Source: a virus
Taxonomy: Duplodnaviria > Caudoviricetes
Strand: one strand, 5' to 3'
DNA length: 64,000 nt
IMG/VR virus record: IMGVR_UViG_3300030330_001955
Coordinates: 1 to 64,000 of that record
The position numbers and the translations under genes were made by a program. A model generated the notes under the pieces. It had not been told where the DNA came from. It made no database searches and saw nothing but the letters and a program-made list of their open reading frames with translations. Of this stretch, positions 9,543-18,047 are shown piece after piece. Each line of letters starts with the position of its first letter. The stretch's first letter is position 1.

Positions 9543-10312
9543 TAAAACTCCTCTGGGTGAGCTATCTTTCTTACTTCATATGCATACTTCCATAATAAGT
9601 TTACTAAGTCTGGTCTTGGGTGTGGAGACTTACCATGTGGTGTATACTTAGGGTGCCATGGCTGTGAACTCAATCCTGTCCAATGTAGCTGATATATTTC
9701 TCCTATATCGTAGCTTCCACCTAATTTTCTGTTTTCTGCACCATCTAGCTTAGGGTCATCAGTAATAAATCCATCAAATGAGTTCCATTTACTACTTATT
9801 GGGTGAATTACATCATTTTCCCTAGACTTAGGTGCTCCTGCGTTTTTCATAAAATCATACTTGTAAACATTTGTTGACTTAGCTATCTCCGCGTTCGGTG
9901 CCAAGTGCTCTTTTGCTTTCTCGCAATCAATTAACATCACGCTATCACTATACCAACCTCTAGCATACTCTGTATCTGCGTATTGCATTCCATTATGATT
10001 TAGCCCGTCCCAAACCATACCAAATGCTTTACCTTTTAAATCTATGTTCCAAAGTAACGCAACATCTTTCAAGTTTAGTTGGTCTACATCAAAGTATATT
10101 GCTTTTCCTTTATATTGACACATGCCAGGAATTGCATATCTAAAACAGGTAAAGGGTGTCCCCCAACCTCTCGTGTTCCATTCAGGAAACATACTAGGTC
10201 GTAAGAAAGTAATCTCTAGGGGTTGTGATGTATGCTTATATAGTGAGTATACTAAGATTTGTTCTATGAATCTATCTTCGGTCTCAGAAGTTCCTACAAA
10301 AATTCTTATCAT
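9542..10312 (-). CDS. Glycosyltransferase (GT8-like)
   Basis: IRIFVG, TPFTCFRYAIP, AIYFDVD (DxD), SVMLIDC, LHWT....QPW. Confidence 0.8.
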   Translation of the reverse strand: MIRIFVGTSETEDRFIEQILVYSLYKHTSQPLEITFLRPSMFPEWNTRGWGTPFTCFRYAIPGMCQYKGKAIYFDVDQLNLKDVALLWNIDLKGKAFGMVWDGLNHNGMQYADTEYARGWYSDSVMLIDCEKAKEHLAPNAEIAKSTNVYKYDFMKNAGAPKSRENDVIHPISSKWNSFDGFITDDPKLDGAENRKLGGSYDIGEIYQLHWTGLSSQPWHPKYTPHGKSPHPRPDLVNLLWKYAYEVRKIAHPEEF

Positions 10313-10806
10313 TATTCAACTCCAAAAACAAAAAACAGACAATCATCATAAGTTATTAAAGATGTATACTTGCCTGTATATAAATTAGGTTTATCTATCT
10401 GGAATCCGAAACTATTATCCCAGTCATTTAGCCAGTTTACTAACTTGGGAGTATAAGGTTTTAACATTGTAACTTGCCTATCATAGGGTATACTATCTGC
10501 AAACTTTACTCCATACATATTCTTAGAGTCTAAAAATACTGCTCCCATGTTAGGTCTTAGTGGTAAAAATACACTATGTTTGTTGCCTCTGACTAATACT
10601 AATTCAGAAACTATACTGTGTCCTGTAAATGCTTTTATCTCGTCAAAAATATCTTCACGAATCTCTTGAAACTTAGGGAACTGGGAAGCATATTTTCCCA
10701 GTTTGTAGAATAGCCATGAATCGGCATTGATAAATCTATTATCTATTTGGGGTGGGGAGTATTGTAATGTTTCCTTTGCGAGTAGCTTAGGGTATGTTAA
10801 GTCCAT
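10312..10806 (-). CDS. Hypothetical protein
   Basis: Start/stop coupled on both sides. Confidence 0.6.
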   Translation of the reverse strand: MDLTYPKLLAKETLQYSPPQIDNRFINADSWLFYKLGKYASQFPKFQEIREDIFDEIKAFTGHSIVSELVLVRGNKHSVFLPLRPNMGAVFLDSKNMYGVKFADSIPYDRQVTMLKPYTPKLVNWLNDWDNSFGFQIDKPNLYTGKYTSLITYDDCLFFVFGVE

Positions 10807-11456
10807 TAGTAAGTCTGTATAAAATCTAAAAGTTTGTTATATTTCTGCTCATCTTCAATGCCAATGGAAAGGTCTAACACTAATCTAGGAGTTTCTCCTA
10901 CATTACAGTCTGCAAACCATTGTGAGCCATCTTCAGGAAATGTATTAGTTATGACAGTCCAGTTCCCTGAGCCAATTTTATTATTTTGGTCTTTTATTGT
11001 TTGTTGTTTTTTGTTTACTACTCCGATAGAATATCCATCACCACTATTGTATATAAATCTTACTGAGTGTCTAGGTTTATTTTTACTATTAGTCCAACCT
11101 GTGTGTCCATACTTTGGCATCATTACTGCTAATGTGTCCCAATACCACTCTCCCCTAACACCATCAATATTATTTACAGCGTCTAAAAAGTTCTCTTTTA
11201 CAGCAGGGATTGTGTATCTTTGACCACCTCGATTTGGTAACTTATAGTTATTATTAGACTTACCTGCATAATCACAATAATTATGTGAATCAGGATAACC
11301 TTTATAATCTTTATCTGCCATAAGTGTTTTTAATCTGGCAAATGTTAAATTAGGTTGAGGTAATGACTTATATGTATGTGGGTATGATAATACAAACTGT
11401 GCACACTTGTCTAGTTTGTTCAGCATTGCGATATTTTTAATCGGTATTATTTTCAT
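10806..11456 (-). CDS. Hypothetical protein (cupin-like, metal ligands apparently degenerate)
   Basis: MPKYGHTGWTN...WFADC...PRLVL layout. Confidence 0.5.
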   Translation of the reverse strand: MKIIPIKNIAMLNKLDKCAQFVLSYPHTYKSLPQPNLTFARLKTLMADKDYKGYPDSHNYCDYAGKSNNNYKLPNRGGQRYTIPAVKENFLDAVNNIDGVRGEWYWDTLAVMMPKYGHTGWTNSKNKPRHSVRFIYNSGDGYSIGVVNKKQQTIKDQNNKIGSGNWTVITNTFPEDGSQWFADCNVGETPRLVLDLSIGIEDEQKYNKLLDFIQTY

Positions 11457-11823
11457 CTGTGGTCACTTTACGATAGTAAACTACTACGTCCTTGAGTTCG
11501 GTAATATACCTTTTTAGTTCTTGCATATTATATGCCATAACTTCATAATCAGGTATAGTCATTGCTAAAAATACCAACTCACCTTCTTGTTCTTCTATAA
11601 TGGCAAACTGTTCTTCATAGTTTTCTGGAGTTATAGTTAGCCATCTGACTTCTTTTAAGTCAATCTCTCGAGGCATAATTGGCTGTGTAATAACCCTTTC
11701 AATAGGTTTAGCACTTACCTCTATCTGCTTAGTTGGAATTAGGCTGCAGCTGGAGCCCATCATCAAGGTCATCAACAATAGTGCTGAGGTTCTCGATGTC
11801 TTCCATAATGTGTTTTGTTCCAT
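11437..11823 (-). CDS. o-spanin (lipoprotein)
   Basis: Hydrophobic stretch plus lipobox-like GSSC, Pro-rich linker; overlaps the 3' end of the i-spanin. Confidence 0.7.
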   Translation of the reverse strand: MEQNTLWKTSRTSALLLMTLMMGSSCSLIPTKQIEVSAKPIERVITQPIMPREIDLKEVRWLTITPENYEEQFAIIEEQEGELVFLAMTIPDYEVMAYNMQELKRYITELKDVVVYYRKVTTDENNTD

Positions 11824-12124
11824 TGTTTATCTTCCTTTGCATTTCAACAGGGTCGCCCATTATTTTTGCACTTAACTCATAGTTTCTGATAAATTCTGAG
11901 TATCTATTGAGTTCCCTTTGAGCCGCTTGACTTTTAACAGTCAGTTCTTGCATTTGGGCAGTCTGTAAAGCAAAATCACTTTGTAGAGTGGCAATTGCTT
12001 CTTCTTGTGTTGCTACTGCTCCTTCTAACTGTGCGTTGTTTGCTTGTAATACTTGGTTTTGACTATATAAATAGTAAGTTCCCAAACTTAATACTATTAT
12101 TATTCCTATTAAAAATTGATTCAT
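11729..12124 (-). CDS. i-spanin
   Basis: N-terminal TM followed by coiled coil, downstream of lysozyme. Confidence 0.7.
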   Translation of the reverse strand: MNQFLIGIIIVLSLGTYYLYSQNQVLQANNAQLEGAVATQEEAIATLQSDFALQTAQMQELTVKSQAAQRELNRYSEFIRNYELSAKIMGDPVEMQRKINNGTKHIMEDIENLSTIVDDLDDGLQLQPNSN

Positions 12125-12360
12125 AATTGTTCTATCCTGTAGTTGAGTCCATTACTGCCTCTAATTTCAACTAATTCATTATCATCAGTTACGAACTTCA
12201 AATACTTTTCCTGCTTCTTTTGGAACTTTTTTACTATGAACTCTCTATCATCTGCGTCACCCCAAGTAGAATTATAACTTACTGTAAGTCTATATCTTGG
12301 GAAGAAATAGTAGTAAGCACTATTATAAGTGTCTACTATCCATGTCTTTATGCGCTCCAC
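12121..12360 (-). CDS. Hypothetical protein
   Basis: Coupled between lysozyme and spanin. Confidence 0.6.
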   Translation of the reverse strand: MERIKTWIVDTYNSAYYYFFPRYRLTVSYNSTWGDADDREFIVKKFQKKQEKYLKFVTDDNELVEIRGSNGLNYRIEQL

Positions 12361-12773
12361 AAATCTGCCTCTGCTTGTCTGCGTCTTGTCAGACCTTCTA
12401 GCACTTTACCACCAGCTTTGTTCCATCTCAACATTTGAGCTGGCACGCCTTCATAGTCCCCTGCGTTTAAAACTTTCAGAAGTGTACTCGCTTTTAAGTT
12501 TCCTCCTCCTAAATTATAAACCCATGATACCATTGCATCAAACTGATTTTGATTTAAGCCGACTGTTACTAGGTTATTTACATAGCCTTCGTACTCTACT
12601 AATTCATCTAGTAGCATTTGGTCTGCTTCTTCTTGTGTAATTGTTTGTCCCTCATACACTCCTTTTGTGTGTCCATAGCCTATTGTCCATACATTTGCTG
12701 GACACTTGTAAGCCTCGAGTTCACAACCCTCGAAGTGTTTGATTAAGTCTAAACCTGTTTTAGATGTTTGCAT
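12348..12773 (-). CDS. Endolysin, GH24 lysozyme
   Basis: LIKHFEGCELEAYKCPANVWTIGYGHT, QNQFDAMVSWVYNLG, GLTRRRQAEA; start at MQTS (12773). Confidence 0.93.
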   Translation of the reverse strand: MQTSKTGLDLIKHFEGCELEAYKCPANVWTIGYGHTKGVYEGQTITQEEADQMLLDELVEYEGYVNNLVTVGLNQNQFDAMVSWVYNLGGGNLKASTLLKVLNAGDYEGVPAQMLRWNKAGGKVLEGLTRRRQAEADLWSA

Positions 12774-12825
12774 AATAGTTCCTTTGGTGGAGGGTATGAT
12801 GGGGCGGGTTGCGCCCCAACATAAC

Positions 12826-13209
12826 TTAGTCAATTTCAAACTGAACTTCTTTACTCTTGTCCTTCGTGATATTGACTGTGAGCAGACCATCTCTAAGCTT
12901 AATGTGGTCTACTTTGAGGTCGGAATTAAGGATAAAGGTTTTGTCGAACGACTTCCCGCTCAATCCTCGATGAAGATAATTATCACCTCCTTCGCTGTCT
13001 TTAGTGCCTTTTATTCGTAATTCATTGTCGTGTTGAACTACACTCAGTTGTTTCTTACTCCAACCGGGCACAGCGATTTCAAGTTTGAATCCACTTTTGC
13101 CCTCCACTATATTATATCTTGGGTAGTTTGTTTCCATCTGGTCGAACCAAGCTGGATTATGTCCTAGCCAAAAGTTTTTAAGTATTTCTCTATGTATGTT
13201 TGCTACCAT
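12826..13209 (-). CDS. Small heat-shock protein Hsp20
   Basis: YPRYNIV, LEIAVPGW, YLHRGLS..SF..TF, L.DGLL.V. Confidence 0.92.
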   Translation of the reverse strand: MVANIHREILKNFWLGHNPAWFDQMETNYPRYNIVEGKSGFKLEIAVPGWSKKQLSVVQHDNELRIKGTKDSEGGDNYLHRGLSGKSFDKTFILNSDLKVDHIKLRDGLLTVNITKDKSKEVQFEID

Positions 13210-13222
13210 AGTTTTTCTCCTT

Positions 13223-13325
13223 GTGCCTTTCGGTCACGCTTTGCGCCCTTGCGGTACGCGGTTAATTAAAATGTAAGATTTTTCACTTACTTCGTTATTA
13301 TAGCAAATTCTGAACTTCATGTCAA
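13223..13325 (-). promoter_or_regulatory. hsp20 promoter and twin bulged GNRA-hairpin leader
   Basis: TTGACA(13325)-17-TATAAT(13297); GCGTACC-GCAA-GGGCGC and GTGACC-GAAA-GGCAC directly before AAGGAG. Confidence 0.7.
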
Positions 13326-13334
13326 GAACTATTT

Positions 13335-13481
13335 TCAATCATCATATTCTATAAGCCCTTTATCTCGCATATAATCAAGGGTGTTCCCTATGCCTACGCG
13401 TTTACCTATGGAGAATGTAATACCTCCTGTGCATATGGCTATTACTAGCCATTGATACTCGTTCCAACCGAATAGTTCCAT
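13335..13481 (-). CDS. 48-aa membrane protein (not in track)
   Basis: MELFGWNEYQWLVIAICTGGITFSIGKRVGIGNTLDYMRDKGLIEYDD; AGGAG upstream. Confidence 0.6.
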   Translation of the reverse strand: MELFGWNEYQWLVIAICTGGITFSIGKRVGIGNTLDYMRDKGLIEYDD

Positions 13482-13593
13482 TACTTTCTCCTATTTCTTT
13501 TTTGTTCATCTACTATCATGGTAGACTCCCATGCAAACCAAGCTACAAATGTTGTTAAGAACAATGCTGCTAGTGCGTTTGGTAAATCTTCTA

Positions 13594-14037
13594 TCATTTC
13601 ATAGTCTCCTCTATAAATTTGCCAAGTGTTTCTATTTCTTCGTCAGATAACTGACCCGCCTGAGCCCACATTGTAGAACTCATATTACCCACTTCGCCTC
13701 TGTTTCTGTATGTAATCAGTCTACTACTTATGTAGTCTGCTGACTTACCTGCAAGTGCTGGAAATACTGCCATGCCCTGACCTTCATTTCCATGACACGC
13801 AGCACAGCCACCCCATAGACTCCTTACAGAACTAAATGGGTCGCCTGCTGCTAATTGTTGTTTTCTTATTTCTATTTCTGCAGGTGTTCCAAACATTCGA
13901 ACATATTCTTCATAACACTCTCCATAACAAGAACTGTTCCTAGAGTGTCCTTTGTATTCTAAGTCTGGATATATAACTGTTGCAAAAAATCCAAAAAGGA
14001 TAGCACAACCAAACAATACCATGCCTAGCTCTCTCAT
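13594..14037 (-). CDS. Membrane-anchored class I cytochrome c (c553/c4-like)
   Basis: N-terminal TM, CAACHG heme motif, FPALAG...YI, distal Met (MSSTMWAQA), LSDEEI. Confidence 0.85.
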   Translation of the reverse strand: MRELGMVLFGCAILFGFFATVIYPDLEYKGHSRNSSCYGECYEEYVRMFGTPAEIEIRKQQLAAGDPFSSVRSLWGGCAACHGNEGQGMAVFPALAGKSADYISSRLITYRNRGEVGNMSSTMWAQAGQLSDEEIETLGKFIEETMK

Positions 14038-14426
14038 GCTTCCTTATCTAAATCCCACCTTATAACATTGGGGGTTGGTTTTCTTTGCCAGAACTTCCAT
14101 GCAGTTCTTTCTTTCTGCCAAGTTCTTAGCCATGCTGCATTGTCTCTTTGGGCATCAATAAATACTGCATTTGTAAATCCTAGTGGTAATAATACTGCAA
14201 AATGGACAATAATACTTGTAATAGTATTATATCCTAACCAGCCCATATAGTAACTCGCTACAAAACCGAAGTATACACTCCACATGGTAAATAATACCAT
14301 TGTAAAATACATCTGTAGTGAGGGGTCTGGTATATGTCTTAATGGGTTGAATCTGTTATCCATTACCAATCTCCAACAGTCCAACACAAAGAAGAATAAT
14401 CTTCTGTGAAATTTTGGTTTATTCAT
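14034..14426 (-). CDS. Membrane protein coupled to the cytochrome c gene
   Basis: W..VMD.R.NPL..IPD...Q.Y...VL.TMWS; two TMs. Confidence 0.65.
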   Translation of the reverse strand: MNKPKFHRRLFFFVLDCWRLVMDNRFNPLRHIPDPSLQMYFTMVLFTMWSVYFGFVASYYMGWLGYNTITSIIVHFAVLLPLGFTNAVFIDAQRDNAAWLRTWQKERTAWKFWQRKPTPNVIRWDLDKEA

Positions 14427-14597
14427 AATTTTTCTTTCCTCTTTACTCTATCTAGGGAGTAGAACAATCTACTGTATCTTGCACTACTGTGCCAGCGATT
14501 GTCCTGTCCCATTGTTTCAATAACCCAAGTAAACGAAGTTTTCAATATTCTTTTCGTATAGTCTTTACCCATATGAGTAGATACTAATGTGTGCATT

Positions 14598-14912
14598 TTA
14601 CTTTCCTATATGTTTTACATCGCTTGGTGGAATGACTTGATATGCTCCTTTGTTATACGCTGGAGCAACAGTAAATTTCTTACTTGCTTCAATTTTCCAA
14701 CTATTGTCTACTTTAGTTCCCTGACCTGCACCTTTGCTGGTGGAGCTGACTGGAATCGAACCAGCGACCTTCGCATTGCAAGTGCGATGCTCTCCCTGCT
14801 GAGCTACAGCCCCTTTGGTCATTTTATTACTTTGCCTCTTTTTTCGCCAGAGGTGTGCATTTTTCTTTTTCCTGCCATTAGCAGAATAACGCATACTGCC
14901 TTGAATTATCAT
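14598..14912 (-). CDS. Conserved phage protein containing an in-frame tRNA
   Basis: AGGA RBS, promoter TTGACT(14973)-17-TATAAT(14945), C-terminal FTVAPAYNKGAYQVI..D.K.IG motif familiar from marine phage proteins. Confidence 0.7.
   Translation of the reverse strand: MIIQGSMRYSANGRKKKNAHLWRKKRQSNKMTKGAVAQQGEHRTCNAKVAGSIPVSSTSKGAGQGTKVDNSWKIEASKKFTVAPAYNKGAYQVIPPSDVKHIGK
14738..14813 (-). tRNA. tRNA-Ala(UGC)
   Basis: GGGGCTGTAGCTCAGCAGGGAGAGCATCGCACTTGCAATGCGAAGGTCGCTGGTTCGATTCCAGTCAGCTCCACCA: 76 nt, full cloverleaf, G3:U70, encoded CCA. Confidence 0.97.
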
Positions 14913-15039
14913 ATTATTTTCCTACTTTTTTGATTGATAGATATATTATACTACGTTTTTTGCGCCAAGTCAAGAATTTTATTTACCCAAGTTGAAAATA
15001 GTTCTTGACTTTGTTTAGTCATTTTGATATAATATATGT

Positions 15040-15222
15040 ATGAGAAATTGGACTGAGAAAGAAATAGCATTTTTGCGTAAGAGTTATAACAATGTGTCTA
15101 TTCGGCAAATCGAAGTAGCATTGGGTCGCTCCGCGCAATCTATTCGTTCAAAAGTCCACAACCTGAGAAAGAAAGGATTTACTTTTGACAGAAAGAGGGA
15201 CAATGCCGAAAGTAGAGTGTAA
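15040..15222 (+). CDS. Small HTH protein (probably leaderless)
   Basis: WTEKEIAFLRK.Y....I..ALGRS..SIRSK..NL; promoter TTGACT(15005)-17-TATAAT(15028). Confidence 0.7.
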   Translation: MRNWTEKEIAFLRKSYNNVSIRQIEVALGRSAQSIRSKVHNLRKKGFTFDRKRDNAESRV

Positions 15223-15418
15223 AAACATGAGATTCGAACGCGCACTACGAATTTTTCGTAAAAAGTGCGACAATGCAAATATCGTCAAAGAGGTACGCGA
15301 ACGACAATACTACGAAAAGCCTACTGCAAAAAGAAAACGCAAAAAAGCAGCCGCAGTTAAAAGACAACAAAAATTACACGCTCAAGAGACTGCACCACTA
15401 AGGCGAAGACCATACTAA
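15203..15418 (+). CDS. rpsU: Ribosomal protein bS21
   Basis: MPKV...FERALRIFRKKC...EVRERQYYEKPTAKRKRKKAAAVKR; GAGG RBS. Confidence 0.92.
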   Translation: MPKVECKNMRFERALRIFRKKCDNANIVKEVRERQYYEKPTAKRKRKKAAAVKRQQKLHAQETAPLRRRPY

Positions 15419-15548
15419 TCGAAAGGAACGATGGTGGCAGTCATACAATATCATTTTTACACTCCAAACAACTCTGAAAAATAAAATATTTTTTCGTAGC
15501 AAAAACTCATTCCAGAACATGCCACAATTACCTAGGCAAAAATACATC

Positions 15549-15790
15549 TTGCAAAATTTCAAAAAGTGTGGTAAAATATATACATAAATTAAGATACTAA
15601 TCAAAACAAATCACCAACTACTCCACCACTCCTAATCTCAGAATCTTCTGTATGGAGCATCGGAGGAGCGACAGCGGGGGAGATGCGATACATCAATCTG
15701 AAAAATTCTGGAGAAGATAAAGGAGTTGATTGTGTTAATCGCATCAACTAAAGATAATCAAATAACACCCAATCTAACCGCTGTAACCTA
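15549..15790 (+). ncRNA. Candidate sRNA with own promoter, long hairpin and possible pseudoknot
   Basis: TTGCAA-17-TAAAAT (15549-15577); nested ACTCCT/AGGAGT, CAGAAT/ATTCTG, TGTAT/ATACA, GCATC/GATGC; loop ACAGCGG complementary to CCGCTGT (15778). Confidence 0.5.
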
Positions 15791-15913
15791 CACTTCAAAC
15801 ACTAATTACTAAAAATTCGTCTCAAATTTTAATAACTTGCCCCAATTCGTTTTAATTCATAAATAAAAAACCCCACATTGAGTGAGGTAATTTATGATAA
15901 TTTGGTGTAATTT

Positions 15914-16138
15914 CTACTTGTGCCGTCTAGCTCTTCGTGACCTCATGTAATCGTATACCCGCTTGGGCTTGAGGTCTTCAGGGTGTAGTATCCTTAGATT
16001 TGATACTGATACTAGCTCACGATGTTCGTCAGGAAACTTGAGTCTTGCTTTTACACCCGTTGGGGTATCAACAAGACCAAGCACTTCCGCATAAATTCCA
16101 TGTCCAATATCTTTAGTCTTACAAATTCTCATTTCCAT
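15914..16138 (-). CDS. Hypothetical protein
   Basis: Last gene of the minus operon; terminator-like hairpin at ~15865-15888. Confidence 0.55.
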   Translation of the reverse strand: MEMRICKTKDIGHGIYAEVLGLVDTPTGVKARLKFPDEHRELVSVSNLRILHPEDLKPKRVYDYMRSRRARRHK

Positions 16139-16467
16139 TCCTCAGGTTTTAGGTTTAGCACTAATGCATCTTCTAGTGCTTTCAAACAACTCTTGGGAGA
16201 TTTCTCTAACCCCGCTAGGGTTTGATACTCTATTCCAATAATCTCAGAAATATGTTCTACTAACTCTTTCTTTGTTATTGGTTTCTCACCAGTCTTTGTC
16301 AGATATTCAGTCTTTTTATAGACTCCCTCTCTACTTAATTTACCTATTACAGATTTGATACTCTTCCCTAATTCATCAGCCAATTCCTCAACTGTTTCTC
16401 TAGTCGGATTAGCACTATATTTAGAAGTCATCATCTCTACCATTTCTTCTGTATAATTTACAGCCAT
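16129..16467 (-). CDS. T5 A2-like DNA-binding protein
   Basis: NYTEEM...Y.ANPTRETVE.LA..LGKS..SVIGKLSREGVY; paralog of 20569. Confidence 0.7.
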   Translation of the reverse strand: MAVNYTEEMVEMMTSKYSANPTRETVEELADELGKSIKSVIGKLSREGVYKKTEYLTKTGEKPITKKELVEHISEIIGIEYQTLAGLEKSPKSCLKALEDALVLNLKPEEWK

Positions 16468-16587
16468 TGTTCTTCTTCTCCTTGCTTTATCCAGCGTTCT
16501 ACTCTATAGACTGACCAACCCCACCACTCTGCTAGAATGTGTGGAGTTTCATCATTTCCATACTTACTAAAGGCTTCCCAGTAGTCA

Positions 16588-16863
16588 TCAATTCGCTTGC
16601 TGTCTTCCATATGCGTCTATAAGTTCCTGTTTTGTTAGTTTCTTTCCGAGTTGAATAATCGTTCCACTACTAGCAATATGTCTTTCAATCATGCCATTAT
16701 TGAATCTTATATCCATAACTCGCCCATCTTCTGGTCTGGTTTCATACCACATAGAGGTTGTTGTAGTATCAAAGCCATGTATGTCTTTTATACTATTCCC
16801 CCATTCTTCTGCCGCTAACTCATGTCGTCGTTTAGCAACTAAGTCTGCGTATTCTGTCATCAT
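16588..16863 (-). CDS. Hypothetical protein
   Basis: In operon. Confidence 0.55.
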   Translation of the reverse strand: MMTEYADLVAKRRHELAAEEWGNSIKDIHGFDTTTTSMWYETRPEDGRVMDIRFNNGMIERHIASSGTIIQLGKKLTKQELIDAYGRQQAN

Positions 16864-17396
16864 AACTGCTCCCAAGCTGAATCTCTCCAGTTGTGAATAA
16901 AATCATCTTGCACTTCTAGTGGGTTTCCAAACTCTTGTTCTTCCCACCAATCAAAGTCGTCATGAGTTATATCACATTGATACTCATTCATAAAGTGGTC
17001 TTTAACTATATCAAAATCTTCTTCAGCATGATTAAAGACTGCTCCATCTTCATAATGATACTTCGCTACACCAAAGTAGTTATAGAACTCATCAGTATAA
17101 TGATGTCGTATTACTACTTCATTATCTTCTTTTGCTATTGCACATGTTAGATGTTCTAGCATAGCAATACAAGGCGACCAAGCTGATACAAACACCATTG
17201 AGTTATCCCATTGTTCTTCAGCATAACACCACTTAGCCCCTACATTTTCACAATACCAATCATAGTCAGTCTGTTCGGCTGGCTTAACTGGCATCCAAGG
17301 TAATTCATCAATTTCCTTGTCTTTTGGGAAAAACTTAGTCAAATCCACACTTGAATCACAAAGTATTTCCACATAATTATCTACATGATTTGCCAT
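16860..17396 (-). CDS. YubB/DUF1281-like protein
   Basis: MANHV.N, WY.ENVGAKW, SAWSP; GAGGA RBS before MANH. Confidence 0.65.
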   Translation of the reverse strand: MANHVDNYVEILCDSSVDLTKFFPKDKEIDELPWMPVKPAEQTDYDWYCENVGAKWCYAEEQWDNSMVFVSAWSPCIAMLEHLTCAIAKEDNEVVIRHHYTDEFYNYFGVAKYHYEDGAVFNHAEEDFDIVKDHFMNEYQCDITHDDFDWWEEQEFGNPLEVQDDFIHNWRDSAWEQL

Positions 17397-17397
17397 A

Positions 17398-17640
17398 TTA
17401 TCCTCGTTTGAATACTGCGACAACCTTATTGTAGAATTTTTCTGCACTACCAACTATCTTTTCTAGTCCATTTACTAATAATTCATAACAGTTATATAGA
17501 AATACTGTTATTGGATTGGGGTATTCCCAACTGTCATACCTATTCAGTAGATAACTGAACAGAATTATCCATACAATTATTGAAAATAGATAATTAAAAC
17601 TGTAATATGGTAGTAATAATAAGTCATTTAAGAACTCCAT
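17398..17640 (-). CDS. Membrane protein
   Basis: Hydrophobic N-terminus, coupled to the MazG stop. Confidence 0.5.
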   Translation of the reverse strand: MEFLNDLLLLPYYSFNYLFSIIVWIILFSYLLNRYDSWEYPNPITVFLYNCYELLVNGLEKIVGSAEKFYNKVVAVFKRG

Positions 17641-18047
17641 TATATATCTCCTACCTCGCGGTTTTCGCTACGCACAACCTCAAAACCATTCGGGTATCGT
17701 TTTTCTAGCTTGCGTATATTTTCTGCCATTACTTCTTCTGGCGTATACCCTAGTGCCAGGCAGCCTTGACACCAATACCATAAAATATCTCCAAGTTCAC
17801 GCTTCATATGAAATCTCTCGTCCTCGTTTAGCTCCTTGCCTTGGAATATAATCTTCTTCATAATTTCTGTATACTCACCGCTTTCCGCCATCATACCGAT
17901 AGCAGAAGTCATCAATCTCGCAAGATTGATGTCGCGGTTTTCTTCTGTTAAACTATGCACTCTACCTATGAAGGCGATAGAGTGCTTCGATTCATCACTT
18001 GTAGTTGTATCTACGAATTTGCTGTAATCGTTAATGTTTATAGCCAT
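17640..18047 (-). CDS. MazG-like NTP pyrophosphohydrolase
   Basis: IG...ESGE..E..KK..FQGK, ELGDILWY, NIRKLEKRYP.GF. Confidence 0.88.
   Translation of the reverse strand: MAININDYSKFVDTTTSDESKHSIAFIGRVHSLTEENRDINLARLMTSAIGMMAESGEYTEIMKKIIFQGKELNEDERFHMKRELGDILWYWCQGCLALGYTPEEVMAENIRKLEKRYPNGFEVVRSENREVGDI

Noticed and set aside
12774-12890. N-terminal extensions given in the track for lysozyme, HAD (to 23689), exonuclease (to 24643) and cyclase (from 31797)
   Set aside because: They overlap upstream genes or hairpins; better RBS-linked or coupled starts lie downstream.
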